In this document: in pieces, positions 25,501 through 34,524 of the stretch
How the letters are laid out: each line of letters begins with the position of its first letter
Numbering within the stretch: position 1 is the stretch's first letter
Origin: a virus
Lineage: Duplodnaviria; Caudoviricetes
Virus record (IMG/VR): IMGVR_UViG_3300042328_001099
Span: 1 to 38,593 of that record
Strand: one strand, 5' to 3'
Length of the DNA: 38,593 nucleotides
The notes under the pieces: generated by a model
The model's database searches: none
Told to the model about the DNA's origin: nothing
The model's input: the letters and a program-made list of their open reading frames with translations, nothing else
Made by a program: the position numbers and the translations under genes

Positions 25501-28105
25501 CTTTAATTTTTGCATCTTCTGCCCATTTTGGTGCTGGGCCAACGTCGATCTTGGAGGTAACCGCGTCAAGCATATCCGTAAGCGAACGGCTTTGAAGGGT
25601 TGGAGCGCTAAAGTAATTCTTTGCTTCGGTGTTTAGGCCCTGAAGCATTCTAACGCCAGTGTGAAGGTTTTCGGAAAGATTGCGCTGTAGCCACATGTTA
25701 GACTTTGGGGTTGCTGCTGGGATAATCGTTCCAGTTTTTGATGCGCTGGTCAAAGTATCAATTGCATTAGAAAGGATGCTATTTGCAAACTCTGCAGATG
25801 GCATTGACGCCTTGCCGTCCTCGGCATATTGCATCCTGGAAATGTTGCTCCACGAGGAGATGTCTTCCCCGCGCTCAACCGCCTCAGTGAGAACATCCTT
25901 TGTTACTTCGCCTGTGAGCACATGGTTAATGTCTGAAATCTTTTCAACTTTTCCAGCGCCGAACTTACTATTAGAGAAGATCTTGAGGAACATGCTTGAA
26001 GCGGCACCCTCGCCGCCCATGCGGGCAGACGGAGCAATGCCGAATTCAAACTCGTCCATCTTTCCGATAATCTCGTCTGGAAGTCGCGTGACGTACGCCT
26101 CTTCCTTGTAGAGTCGCTTCATGTGCTGAAGGATATCTTGGCCAATGTTTGATGGGTCATCACCGAGGTTCTTGCCAAAGTTAAGGCTGTCGAACTTAAA
26201 CGAAAGGTCTTGGTATTGGATTACAAGATCGTTGACAACCTTAGCAATGACCTCTTTGTCGCCAGAATCAATTGCCTTCTGCAGGGTCTCAATAGAGGAC
26301 TCAAGGGTTTCCCTGGAGAATCGGTTCGATAGCACTGGGGTAATTTTCTGGCCAGTCAACTTTCGTAGCGGCTGGACAACCCTAATTGCCTGGGCAAGGC
26401 CGTTCATCTGGGCAATTTCCATTACCCTAGACATCTCAAGAATGGCGTCTTCCTTCTTTCCGAGCGCCCACTTAGCCTGGCTCTCCGCAAATTTTCTATT
26501 AAAGTATCGCTCGAGAACTTCCGTTCCGCCATTGGCTGCGGAATCCAGAGCAGAACTCATCTTGGAAACATACTGGGACCTAATCTTCGCAAGGTCATTT
26601 ACATCGCCAGAATCAAACGCTCGAACGACATCGTTCTCGTGGCGCTGAAGGCTCCGATACAGGGCCTTTCGTGCAGCGTAGATTGTTTCCTGTCGGAAGT
26701 ACTTGCCGACGTAAGGAATTCGCTTGGCACCCTTCATAAAGAACCCGCCTACCTCGTCATTGATGAGTTTGATGTTGCGGCCTTTGCGGAGGCTGTCAAG
26801 AAGTCCGTTCAGGGCATCCTTGGCGTCGTCGCTATAATTGCTTTGGTAGTCCTTGACCTTTCGAATAATGTCATCAAGAATCTCGTCGGAAGCGCCAAGG
26901 AATTCTGGCATTTGGCTAAGAGATTCCCTGCCCCCTGCTGCATTTGCAATAACAGATTCCGCCCACTCTCGGGCACCGCTCGCCGCGTTGCGGGTAAGCG
27001 GGGACTTGGAGGCGTCAACAATCATGAAGTTGAGTGTTCGGTTAAGGTTATTGGCCAAAAGTTTCTGCGCGCTTCCGCCAATCTCTCGGGCCACCTCGTC
27101 GGCTTCGTTAATAATTCTGGCATCGATAACCTTCATCGTGGCGTCTACAACGCTTGCGCGTGCGACACTCTTGACGGCTTCCCAGCCAGGGCCGACTGTT
27201 GAGTTATATGTCTTGCCGAGGAACCCCATCCGCTTGGCCACTGACAACTCAACCTTGTTCATATTGGTTGAAAGCAAGAACTCCTGCCAGGACTTTCCGT
27301 TTGATGCAATGTCTGAAAGTTGCTGCGACGCTCCAATCTTTGACGAGAACGAGATCGGGTAACCAAGCCATCGAACTGGGTCTAGCACAAACCCAGTAAG
27401 AAGGTCTGCGGCTTCGTTGTCTGTAAATCTGTAGTTGTCGCGCATGTAGGTAAGCGCGTCTTCCGCCGTTCCGCCGTTGTCAAGAATTGACTTAACTTCG
27501 GCTGGAAGGGTATCTGGGTCGTTGCTCATCATCTTTGGAAGGAACGTTGCCCCTCCGATTACGCCCGCACGAGCATCCCTAGTAATAGCCACGCCAGCCA
27601 CGCCAGTGGCAATCTTTGCCCCCACTTGAAGGAATGGCTTGGCCAAAGTATACGGAACACCAAGTTCCGCTTCTCGGCGCTGCTCTGCCTTGAGGGCAGT
27701 CATGCTCTGATATGGGTCTGCAATGTAGGAAAGTTCTGTCAGCGCGTTTGAAAGGAACCCAGGGTCTTCACCCATGTAGCGCTTAACTGCACCTTCTCGA
27801 AGGCCGCCAGAGTCTCCAATTCCTCCAAACAATGCCCTGCCTGGCGCGGCGGCAATATTAATTGCACCACCAACGAGTCCTCCGATTCCCCCAGTTACTA
27901 CGTCCCCAATCAGCCCAGGAATTGCACCAAGCCCTTCTGCCTTAAGGTTGTTCTCGTTCTGCTTCTGTTGTCCAGAGAAATCTAGTGACAGGGTGCCGAT
28001 GCCTCGCGTATCTGGCGTAGTCTTGCTTGACTGGCCAATCTGGCCCATAAGCGAGACGGTAGGTTGAAGCCCGCCGTTGCCGCCGCCGAATGGTGTCTTA
28101 GGCAT
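19520..28105 (-). CDS. giant internal virion/ejection protein (2861 aa) with ADP-ribosyltransferase and HipA/PI3K-like kinase domains
   Basis: Lies between portal and scaffold. N-terminal Gly/Ala hydrophobic segments and LDP..W motif. ART motifs YTG..Y, IYRG, FLSWS, SEEEVLLPRG. Kinase motifs YIK, NEF, VPEV, ASQW, NFDALG...N, RTDVG...YRAGG. Confidence 0.8.
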   Translation of the reverse strand: MPKTPFGGGNGGLQPTVSLMGQIGQSSKTTPDTRGIGTLSLDFSGQQKQNENNLKAEGLGAIPGLIGDVVTGGIGGLVGGAINIAAAPGRALFGGIGDSGGLREGAVKRYMGEDPGFLSNALTELSYIADPYQSMTALKAEQRREAELGVPYTLAKPFLQVGAKIATGVAGVAITRDARAGVIGGATFLPKMMSNDPDTLPAEVKSILDNGGTAEDALTYMRDNYRFTDNEAADLLTGFVLDPVRWLGYPISFSSKIGASQQLSDIASNGKSWQEFLLSTNMNKVELSVAKRMGFLGKTYNSTVGPGWEAVKSVARASVVDATMKVIDARIINEADEVAREIGGSAQKLLANNLNRTLNFMIVDASKSPLTRNAASGAREWAESVIANAAGGRESLSQMPEFLGASDEILDDIIRKVKDYQSNYSDDAKDALNGLLDSLRKGRNIKLINDEVGGFFMKGAKRIPYVGKYFRQETIYAARKALYRSLQRHENDVVRAFDSGDVNDLAKIRSQYVSKMSSALDSAANGGTEVLERYFNRKFAESQAKWALGKKEDAILEMSRVMEIAQMNGLAQAIRVVQPLRKLTGQKITPVLSNRFSRETLESSIETLQKAIDSGDKEVIAKVVNDLVIQYQDLSFKFDSLNFGKNLGDDPSNIGQDILQHMKRLYKEEAYVTRLPDEIIGKMDEFEFGIAPSARMGGEGAASSMFLKIFSNSKFGAGKVEKISDINHVLTGEVTKDVLTEAVERGEDISSWSNISRMQYAEDGKASMPSAEFANSILSNAIDTLTSASKTGTIIPAATPKSNMWLQRNLSENLHTGVRMLQGLNTEAKNYFSAPTLQSRSLTDMLDAVTSKIDVGPAPKWAEDAKIKDLIPDESYAGRLYDAPGSVMGYDGIYLFNDSYGPSIVQKAAATNNRPMEVLFELIWNRMSLSMFEDPAYSGVWRAANIMLEKRNPSKMINNVFGQKFTEDSGMSFIDNTFVGLNSTFTVGVDKTSKILGKTDAGVAQLKSLSAKDKERVFLDPRRILLGYLTENVPMRSVPDLDRTIFRFSTTADQPNTVDSVQEMIGELRLPNGGQWNPNLDIKEWIKMYLGKVVDEKETRVVDVLAEGNQSDFIVMLKYSQEELDMFAKTGIDNPKPQIDQDATAAKILNETDGIGSYLYLAARHMDQTRNVSLDPGTIASSDIRSWEKMAPINEDGAQKFSFSDLFHFMDNLNDPLNRNMAMQSSKESLGKKFEEMLYDSYYEFGAQGIRPFDFISYNNIPHSAGALLRGQAKNEFNNTLAQQVLDGKITPVEALQTAAREAMIMESEDFADLSVVATFGTESGTLHRMVDRLGIFVDNRLSKIYGKTARSMRVYDPSGSPMLETRYVQSGGDGKSVLTGIPVVDDTSATFMERFAYPQGLDVQSLRLTQNDVAFDAASVATKAAVQAEEITVDTSQPMTPEQAAAELADPGAAARRTAEEASSKEAVNKSALEELTKARATLREIGYEMGLEPKQPYIQSLDIMRDVAGNAVIRPRFDIYTSIDEVEDLAAFGMKDENVLPMRGKGPFNKVKQWTIPISNNEIYDSGVERLRYYLGNRISQEDSLRAMANIAEYSMKMEINPGGLGNEKLAEILIDVLGGGEKGLRAYNRAFGVGGANASPRAALMYALQGRPETIGWTTNISKRLQAKNETMAMIAQKLYPLTRYRYNPYFNWQEGIEPYAFNILRGVRGEKDYEDGSMMARLLSMKGGAMLDYSNVGAHVLLRNASVLQRITQQNPAIDVAVGTRAIDRLLKAGEEGIGVVSGGGEKFRQSISDAKEVSVSASTLNEAIREAAPSIIRDQPEVGLNWLEITGSIDPATNFRYFMDQSINGMMPTQIIRVADVASARHTFGAPIEESWLKPFEDVAGLENVTKAQIEDLEDISAALEKVGGPIELRKKLAYSVRKYLASVKSTISGGAKTVNAGRYFKGQPAITTTDGLDGAMRGEIRGYTGNDYRSFSKYLGAKAQYGVQLNNPTQDLAKMTKVAGSGGDFSDIERSIGLLDAAILNNRIINRGRIYRGFDFKVIVNDSDIPNLKPGFRFGDESFLSWSKAEGEARTSPGIEQAGPGAHKTVIIIDDAKGMPGLDLNAVGSNVPSEEEVLLPRGMEFEIVEVLPKQPGRSDINYYKVKPLLPPQAVEIMSKMAPNDAARLELSSAISDIKIQQAKNVETYNDLARLFTSYPDLLEGVREMGMKLGLEPAAQSSVRYRARKKPSVSPSKVDNFDPMATHDRYSTQFGEYKQPEQRAYLDPTTVFGRMEAGPQATLNTGGKTGIWTGNDGVRRYIKTIKRFDPSSSSDDFNDPHSIVNEFIVNRLLKKMGVAVPEVSLVNDGDNVYLASQWVEGMMDLERVPITYDIAKAVADNHVADLIVANFDALGPDLKNMGIMPDGTIVRTDVGNSTFYRAGGGLKYNKKIGAVDPRLWEDVDPSFWWNPEIQNSLGSNRKYKEMLEKAYPELKTKGSTLEIPNFIEQYTDMATRLGKVSDAVDEIVNSIRPFIDQLPDQSWYRDPNRNLQPITGAGVLPTFDARIAFTKNLLEKRINQIDSAVGRIRDQRLAEWNAQVAITKPGARPKIRKQDKWIVDFSERMAAAQAEGIRLPGLDAAIATVKAGGKLLPEQINAISNGLAPFIYKRGAMKQFIDSISQMHAVAAKRSFKEQMYSTYKGSAERTFNHPFMGPYPTSYMYGKVLPAFFDALFKYAPFTSEFAPFAGVYRLDKFADYIATELETNDELYDYVMRRPPLLMFLSGLLPGWPTDIGASLPYWFRDGVMRPVAEGKFEDIPGRTAEAIATTVGRQFGIAQTIDRAIDSVSEIQSFLTGDPSTSVIDDISEFLSIKDSN

Positions 28106-30480
28106 TATCGGCCACGCTCCTTCGGGATGGGAACAGTCTTAGGTACTGAAGTAATTGGCTTGATTCCAAGATCTGCCCTTTCTCCTGCTCTAAAGTCCTT
28201 GCCAGCCGACGTCCCAAAGAAGTCGGAAAGCGGGGTGTTACGGAATGCATATCCCGACAGGTTGTCGGAAAGCGATGCTCGCTCGCCAGCGCGGAAGTCA
28301 ATACCAGCAAGTGTGTTGGTCATTGACGCTGGCCCAGCGATAGTTCCACCCGTGCTGAATGCTGGTACGCCAGTGTACATTGCGCCAATAAGCGGCTCTA
28401 GACTTGTTCCAGTTGCTGCGCCTTGTGCTGTCGCAACCTCTACTGCAGTTCTGCGATCAACAATGTCCTGATTGTTAAAGGACTTCGGAATCGAATTAAT
28501 CCTGTCCCTAAGTCCAGATAGGGCGATGTCATTTGGATCGGCCAGGTTTGTTCCGTCCGTTCCCTCTTCAGTCGCCTGGGTGGAGTCTTCTGGCAAAACA
28601 AACTCAGATACCTGGGTGCTGCTAAGAGTCCCATTTGTATCCGCCGTTACAATTCTGGAGATATACTTTGTCTTGAACTCGCCGTAAGAAAGGCCAGTCG
28701 TCTTAGAGAATGGATCATAGCCTTCGTTATAGGTAACCCACTTGTCTCCAGATACCTTTGCCCGAACAACAAATTTTCCGTTGCCGAGGTTGTACAAATA
28801 ACCAACTGCCTCAAGTTCGTCATTAATATTTTTCCGCATAATGTTAATTGGAGCAACGCCAATGACTCGCTTTGTTGATGGGTCCATGTATGTAAGGAAC
28901 GAGTTGTCGTTCTCTTCTACGGCCCCGCCGAACTGCCAGTCACCGTTTGCGCCAACCGATCCAGAAACAACCTTGCCGCCAGTCGCCAGTTCGTTGGCCG
29001 TCGATGAAGAATTAAAGATCAAATCAAGAGAGGTCTGGAAAATGCTGGTGATTCCACCCGTGGCCTCATCGTACTTTGTTGAGTACGGATTTGCCAAATC
29101 GAATGCACTAACGTCGTTAAAGTCTACAGCCTTGCCAGCGCGTGCGTCCTTAATTGCCTGGAGCGTGCGCTTGTGGATCTCAAGTTCAGAGGCTGGAATA
29201 GTACCGCCAAGTCGGCCAATAAGTGACTCGTAGTCTGAAATAAGTTTGTCCGTAGACTTGGCGTTCTTAATTGGGTCTGATCCAATTCCGCCAGTACCAC
29301 TCATCCAGTTCTCAAGGATAATTGCGGCGTCGTCGACAAGCGTGTTTCGACCATACTTCTTGCTGATGTCATTAAGTGCCTTGTACGTGTCTGCGTTGCC
29401 AGAACCCTTTGCGGCAGAAAGAAGCGAGTTGCCACTTCCAAAGACGGTTTCCATAAGCGCACCTTCGCCCATGTAGTTGGGATCTCCAACGGTTGCTGGC
29501 GATGCGTTTCCATAGAATCTCTGCACGTCAATCTGGTTGCTCATAAACTGGGCAACGTTCTGATAGTTCGACCCAAGGGTATTGTTTACCAACTTGAGGA
29601 ATTTGCTAGTCTTTGCCAAGACGTTGTTAAATCGCCTGCCAGCCGCCTCCTTGGCGATTGCGGCGCCAATCTTGGCAATCTTTGAATCCGTTTCTGCAAG
29701 TCGTCGCTGTGCTTCCATTGCGGCGTCAATGCCAGAGATGACATTTCCGTCCTCATCAAGCGTGGCCAAGCCTTGATCGGCCATGTCTCGGATTGTTTGC
29801 TTAAGCCAACCCTTCATGTCCTTAAGTCCGCCAGAATACTGGGATGCCCCTTCTGCGGATGCGGTTGCAAGGGCAGTGTTGTAACGGTCGTATTCTTCGG
29901 CAAACTTGGCCCCGACAAACGTGGTGTTGATTTGTCGGTATTCGCTGGAGTTCGTGGCAAACTCACCAAGGATAAGTTCCTTCTGGCGGTCAAACTCTTC
30001 CGACGAGATTTTCCCCTGGCCGTAATATGTGCCAATGTTTCCAGCAAGCGTCGTAAGCGTCTTGAACAACTTCGTCTTAGCCTCGTCAAGTAGGTTGGGA
30101 CTTGCGGCCGTATCGATCTTGTCCTTGAGGAATGCGACATATTCGACAACTGCGGCGACGTCACCTGGCGCGGCTTCAATGGCGGCAACAAGTCGGTTCT
30201 CGACTCGCCCGTCTTCAATGCCGCGAACCTTGGCGATGGTCTCCATCACCGTGTCTCGGTCGCTTTGGTTTACCCACTGGTTAGAGGAATACTCCTGAAG
30301 GAACGAAATGACGTCCTCTGCGGACGGCACGCCCTGGCCGCGAAAGTCAGTCTGATTGACGTATGCGTCAACCATGCCATTGACTTGGCGGGAGAGTTGC
30401 TGTCGCATGATGTTGTAAACCAACTGGGACATATTCGACCCGCCAGTTCCCCCACTCATGAATCGTCCGCGTCGTGCCAT
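28105..30480 (-). CDS. putative internal virion/ejection protein (791 aa)
   Basis: Helical, located between portal and the giant protein, translationally coupled to both. Confidence 0.6.
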   Translation of the reverse strand: MARRGRFMSGGTGGSNMSQLVYNIMRQQLSRQVNGMVDAYVNQTDFRGQGVPSAEDVISFLQEYSSNQWVNQSDRDTVMETIAKVRGIEDGRVENRLVAAIEAAPGDVAAVVEYVAFLKDKIDTAASPNLLDEAKTKLFKTLTTLAGNIGTYYGQGKISSEEFDRQKELILGEFATNSSEYRQINTTFVGAKFAEEYDRYNTALATASAEGASQYSGGLKDMKGWLKQTIRDMADQGLATLDEDGNVISGIDAAMEAQRRLAETDSKIAKIGAAIAKEAAGRRFNNVLAKTSKFLKLVNNTLGSNYQNVAQFMSNQIDVQRFYGNASPATVGDPNYMGEGALMETVFGSGNSLLSAAKGSGNADTYKALNDISKKYGRNTLVDDAAIILENWMSGTGGIGSDPIKNAKSTDKLISDYESLIGRLGGTIPASELEIHKRTLQAIKDARAGKAVDFNDVSAFDLANPYSTKYDEATGGITSIFQTSLDLIFNSSSTANELATGGKVVSGSVGANGDWQFGGAVEENDNSFLTYMDPSTKRVIGVAPINIMRKNINDELEAVGYLYNLGNGKFVVRAKVSGDKWVTYNEGYDPFSKTTGLSYGEFKTKYISRIVTADTNGTLSSTQVSEFVLPEDSTQATEEGTDGTNLADPNDIALSGLRDRINSIPKSFNNQDIVDRRTAVEVATAQGAATGTSLEPLIGAMYTGVPAFSTGGTIAGPASMTNTLAGIDFRAGERASLSDNLSGYAFRNTPLSDFFGTSAGKDFRAGERADLGIKPITSVPKTVPIPKERGR

Positions 30481-32751
30481 TTAGATTGTCTCCTCTGGTG
30501 TTGCCATGGCGACTCCAGGCTGTGCGTTGGATGGGATTGCCTCTGGTGGAGGATTTCCCTGTTGTTCTGGTGAGTTCATTCCTTCGGTTGAGACTGGTGC
30601 TGGATTCATTGTTCGCTGCGCGTTCATTGTCTGCTGCGCTGCGGCCATCTGATCCTGTTGCATCTGCTGCTCCTGCGGCATTGCTACGCCCAACTGGCGG
30701 AAGAGTCCGATGAGATTCCCCATCGTGAGAACTGCCGCTGGGTTGAGGGTTGCATCTGTCTGCTCCTCGCGGATTGCGTCCTTCTCGCCCTCTGGGTCCT
30801 CGACGCCCACGCGATCCATTGCGCGGTCTGCGCTCCAGATGCGGTTCTGTACAAGGTTGATTGCGGTCTGCGCAAGTTCCAGCGTGTCTCGTGGTGTCAA
30901 CTCTGGCGGAACGACGTCAAGTCGGTATTCGCCACCAAAGATAAATTCAATGTTGTTGTCCTTGGCCGACCACATCTTGCCCGTAACTTCCCAGACCTGC
31001 TTGAGCCAGGAGTAGAGCAACTTACGCTTTGGCGCAAGGCGTGCCTCGTAGTTGGCAACAAGTGATGCAATGGCTCGGCTGGAGCCAAGGACGCTGGTTG
31101 GCGCAAGGCCAAGCAGCAAGTCGTTGAGTCCAGTTACCACCGCGATTTCGCGGTCAATACGTCGGTTGTAATCTTCCACTTGGAACTGAGGAATAAATGG
31201 AGTAATGTTTCGAATCTCGTTTCCTGGTCCAGGGGTGGCGATTCGGTTTGGCTTTGGCATCGCGTTTGGCGGTACCTCGTCGGGCGCTTCCGCTCCGACC
31301 AACTGCCACATCTGACCGCCGACGGTCGAGGCAATCATCTGCGCCTGCGCGCTCATGCGCTCGTCCTTCTCGCGGAGCAACTGCTCAACGTCGTAGAGTT
31401 CTGGCTTGCCGTATGGGCTGCCAGGAATCTTCTGGTTGACGAGCACGATATATGGTAGCACACCGTCGTATTCTGGGTGCTCCTCGTTTTTGACCATGGT
31501 GTTGCCAACAAAGATTGCGTTGCACACAATCGGCGCCTTGCCAGGCTTGGTCGGCTTCTTGTACCAGTAATCAAATACTTCGATCTGCTGGAGTTCGTAC
31601 TGCGAGCGATTGCGCTGCGGGTTCTTCTCCAGGTTGTTGCGGTATACTGTGGCCAACGGATCGTCGTGCGTTGTGGATGTCGTGTAGAGGAAGGTCGAAG
31701 CGCCCTGCTTCACTGGCACCACGTCAATGCCAAACTCTTCCTTGGCCGCCTGTGGCGAAAGACCGTACACGTAGACGGCCCAGTCGATGCGGCGGAAGTC
31801 CGAGGAGCCGAAGCCCAAATACAGGTTTTCTGGGCTCTCAACAATTGAGACCCTAGGAATCTCTGTAATTGGATCCCAATACACCTTGGCGGCCGTGTGG
31901 CCGTACAGCGCCTTGAGTGTACAGGCGTCTTCCAAGAGTAGGTCGAAATCATTCTCCTCCCACCAGCGGAAGAAGAGTCGCTCGCGCTCCGCCGCGAGGG
32001 TACGCTGCTCCTTTTCGGAGGTCGATGGAACGTAGTTGATGACTGGCCGTACGGCCTGCAGCGAGGCAGGGATGTTCACGTACGCAGGGTGAACGTTGAC
32101 CGAAATGTGGGCGCGGCCAGCAAGTCGGGCGCTTGGATCTTCTGGCCAGTGGTCTGCGCCACCGAGCGTCATCGTGGTTGGGTGATAGAGGTTGTCAAAG
32201 CGTCGGAACATCGAGCGGAGTCGTGCCTGTTCCGACTCCATGTCTCCGCGTCGCTGTAGGAGTTCTCGGAATCGTACAACCTCTTCGCTGTCCTCTGGGT
32301 TTACGTTAAGCATGCGCACCTTTGTCGACACCATGTTTAGTGCCGTGCGGTACTGCTCTGGGAGGTTTTCGTCAATCTTTAGGTCTGGCTCAACTCGGGT
32401 AGTCGTCGCGTTCTTGATAGTTGTGCCAAGGACTGGTACGGTAAGATCCGAGAACCGTACGCTGGTCTTAATGGCGCTACCACGAGGTACGCGCTGGTTG
32501 CGCGCTGCGCGGATTTTGCCGTTGCCGTTGACACGCGACGTCGATGGAGCCTCGAGTGCGGTGACGATAGGCGCTTCCGTTGAGAGCGGCGTAAATAGTT
32601 GGTCGCCCTTGCCAAGGCGCTTGGCCTTGTCAAGAGCATTTGCGATAGAGTTTACCTGTTGCGCGGTGGCAACATCTGGATCAGTAGTGTACTGACCAGG
32701 AATTCCTCGGTCGCCCTGAAAGGCTCGCGGGATTCTTCGGATCTTAGCCAT
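30481..32751 (-). CDS. portal protein (P22/podovirus-like, 756 aa)
   Basis: Follows TerL. YG....KVYWD, P.N.Y, H.EYDGVLPY, PGSPYGKPE and G.S.RAI motifs; Q/P-rich C-terminal extension. Confidence 0.9.
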   Translation of the reverse strand: MAKIRRIPRAFQGDRGIPGQYTTDPDVATAQQVNSIANALDKAKRLGKGDQLFTPLSTEAPIVTALEAPSTSRVNGNGKIRAARNQRVPRGSAIKTSVRFSDLTVPVLGTTIKNATTTRVEPDLKIDENLPEQYRTALNMVSTKVRMLNVNPEDSEEVVRFRELLQRRGDMESEQARLRSMFRRFDNLYHPTTMTLGGADHWPEDPSARLAGRAHISVNVHPAYVNIPASLQAVRPVINYVPSTSEKEQRTLAAERERLFFRWWEENDFDLLLEDACTLKALYGHTAAKVYWDPITEIPRVSIVESPENLYLGFGSSDFRRIDWAVYVYGLSPQAAKEEFGIDVVPVKQGASTFLYTTSTTHDDPLATVYRNNLEKNPQRNRSQYELQQIEVFDYWYKKPTKPGKAPIVCNAIFVGNTMVKNEEHPEYDGVLPYIVLVNQKIPGSPYGKPELYDVEQLLREKDERMSAQAQMIASTVGGQMWQLVGAEAPDEVPPNAMPKPNRIATPGPGNEIRNITPFIPQFQVEDYNRRIDREIAVVTGLNDLLLGLAPTSVLGSSRAIASLVANYEARLAPKRKLLYSWLKQVWEVTGKMWSAKDNNIEFIFGGEYRLDVVPPELTPRDTLELAQTAINLVQNRIWSADRAMDRVGVEDPEGEKDAIREEQTDATLNPAAVLTMGNLIGLFRQLGVAMPQEQQMQQDQMAAAQQTMNAQRTMNPAPVSTEGMNSPEQQGNPPPEAIPSNAQPGVAMATPEETI

Positions 32752-34256
32752 TAATCACTCGCTCCATAGTATGAGAAGACGGGGTTCTCCACTGGCTTCT
32801 CTGGGTTGCGCAGCGCATGTCGCACCGCGATTGCCAACGCCATTACGGCGTCTGTTTCTAGTTTTCTATCTTCTAATTTGTAGGCAAGCAACTGCTTGCG
32901 AAGTTCCATCCACACGCCGATGCGCGGGAATTCTAGTTGACCCTTGTCAATTACGGCCTTAAGGTCATTAAGCATCTCGACCTTCTTGGCCTTTGTGCCG
33001 CCGAAGTCTGTCCCGCGAAGAGGGCGAATCATTGAGAACTCTTGCTGGAAGAGGCGTCCGCCCATCCCAGTTGAGTCAACGACTGTTGTGCAGAACGAGC
33101 GATCTTGGTTATAAAGAAGATGGCTTTCCCTTACCATATTAACGACAGCAGAGATTGTTTGTTTCCCTCCGCGTCGTCTGGCTCTAACGCCGCACATGCT
33201 TTGGCGATTTGTATAGTCAAGCGTGATAGCCCAGGTCGAGTCGGAAGAAATACCAGGGTCGACTCCTTGCACGTACCGTCGTCCGACAGATGGCGCAAGG
33301 TCGTCGGATAGACCAGACTTGAAACACTCGTCCACTGTGAGTGACGAGAAGAAAGACTCTCGAGCCTCAATGAACTCTCCATCAATGTTCTGCGGGATAA
33401 GGTACGCATCCTGCTGGCGTAGGATCGCGTCGAACGTATCGGCCGAAAGGCCGTACCCGACGTTATCTCTTGTTGATAGCCTGAAACTTTTGAACTGCGG
33501 GTCCCTCATCGGGTTCTCTTCGTCCCCCCGCTCCCAAAGGTCCGCGTAGAAGTTCTGCCCTTCTGTAGGAGTCCCGATGAAGTGCAATGGGCCGCCAGTA
33601 GAGAGCCGCCGCAGGTTGAGTACCTCTTGGTAAATCAGATCCAAATATGGCTCGAATGCTGCTTCGTCGAAGGAGATCCCATGCATGTCCTTTCCGAGCA
33701 GTGCTTTTGCCTTGTCCTGCGTTGTCCTGAAGTGAATGTTTGCCCCGCCGAATGTCGGGTGCACCTTGATCCAAGGATATTCTCCTCTGTACTTTTTATC
33801 GTATGAGGCAATCTTGCCAATCTCTTTAGTTAGCGGACATCCCCTTCCCTTTTGGGCTGGGTGAATTCCTTCAAGAATATTACTTAATTCCCTGTATACT
33901 AGTTCTGCAGTTTCCTGCTGAATCCCCACGTGATACCAGTCGTACGGTTCGCTCATCCACCTTCCAGCGTCAATAACAGATCCGTCAGGCGATTTGGAAC
34001 CGAGTTTGTAGAAGGCATGATGGAAACAAATAACCGCCATCGCCAGCGTTTTCCCCGCACGATTGCCTGCGGATACGACGGTTGTGAGGTACTTCGGTCG
34101 CCATCCAGACTCATCTCGCTCTGCACACGAGGCCCACCATTTAACCTGTCCTGGGTTTCCCTTGATACCGAGCCAGCGAGCAGCAAAGAACTCGACGTCA
34201 GCGCGGCCGAGAGCCAGATCGCGTGCAATGGAGCCTTGCTTGAGATCAACCTTCAA
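32751..34256 (-). CDS. terL: terminase large subunit
   Basis: Walker A SAGNRAGKT, Walker B GISFDEAA, GTP motif, nuclease GVDPG...VVDSTGMG...DAVMALA. Confidence 0.93.
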   Translation of the reverse strand: MKVDLKQGSIARDLALGRADVEFFAARWLGIKGNPGQVKWWASCAERDESGWRPKYLTTVVSAGNRAGKTLAMAVICFHHAFYKLGSKSPDGSVIDAGRWMSEPYDWYHVGIQQETAELVYRELSNILEGIHPAQKGRGCPLTKEIGKIASYDKKYRGEYPWIKVHPTFGGANIHFRTTQDKAKALLGKDMHGISFDEAAFEPYLDLIYQEVLNLRRLSTGGPLHFIGTPTEGQNFYADLWERGDEENPMRDPQFKSFRLSTRDNVGYGLSADTFDAILRQQDAYLIPQNIDGEFIEARESFFSSLTVDECFKSGLSDDLAPSVGRRYVQGVDPGISSDSTWAITLDYTNRQSMCGVRARRRGGKQTISAVVNMVRESHLLYNQDRSFCTTVVDSTGMGGRLFQQEFSMIRPLRGTDFGGTKAKKVEMLNDLKAVIDKGQLEFPRIGVWMELRKQLLAYKLEDRKLETDAVMALAIAVRHALRNPEKPVENPVFSYYGASD

Positions 34257-34408
34257 CGGCCCTTCTTTGCCGTCTTGGCTGAATCCTTAAAGTCCTTGGC
34301 GGTAGGGGCGCCCTTGCTGCCTACCTTGCGCATCTTCTCGCCAGACCCAGCGGCGATGCGCTTCTTCTTGGCGTTGATGTTGGCGTAAAGACCTGGCTTC
34401 CCTGGCAT
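34253..34408 (-). CDS. 51-aa basic protein (not in ORF track)
   Basis: MPGKPGLYANINAKKKRIAAGSGEKMRKVGSKGAPTAKDFKDSAKTAKKGR. The GLYANI..K.KRI..GSGEKM motif is recalled from aquatic phages. Coupled overlaps at both ends. Confidence 0.85.
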   Translation of the reverse strand: MPGKPGLYANINAKKKRIAAGSGEKMRKVGSKGAPTAKDFKDSAKTAKKGR

Positions 34409-34524
34409 TATTTTCCCTTCTTACCCTTGCCCTTGACAGACTTTCCAGTCTTCTTGGCATAGGCTTCGGCAGCCTTCTTTCCCTTGTCGGTGTATGCGAA
34501 TTCCTTTTTACCTACCTTCGGCAT
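34408..34524 (-). CDS. 38-aa Lys-rich protein (not in ORF track)
   Basis: MPKVGKKEFAYTDKGKKAAEAYAKKTGKSVKGKGKKGK. TAATG coupling at both ends. Confidence 0.8.
   Translation of the reverse strand: MPKVGKKEFAYTDKGKKAAEAYAKKTGKSVKGKGKKGK

Noticed and set aside
19520-28105. Giant protein as a virion RNA polymerase or tape measure protein
   Set aside because: I found no DxDGD or T7-type polymerase motifs. It lacks tape-measure periodicity and lies between portal and scaffold. The early genes have host-type promoters.
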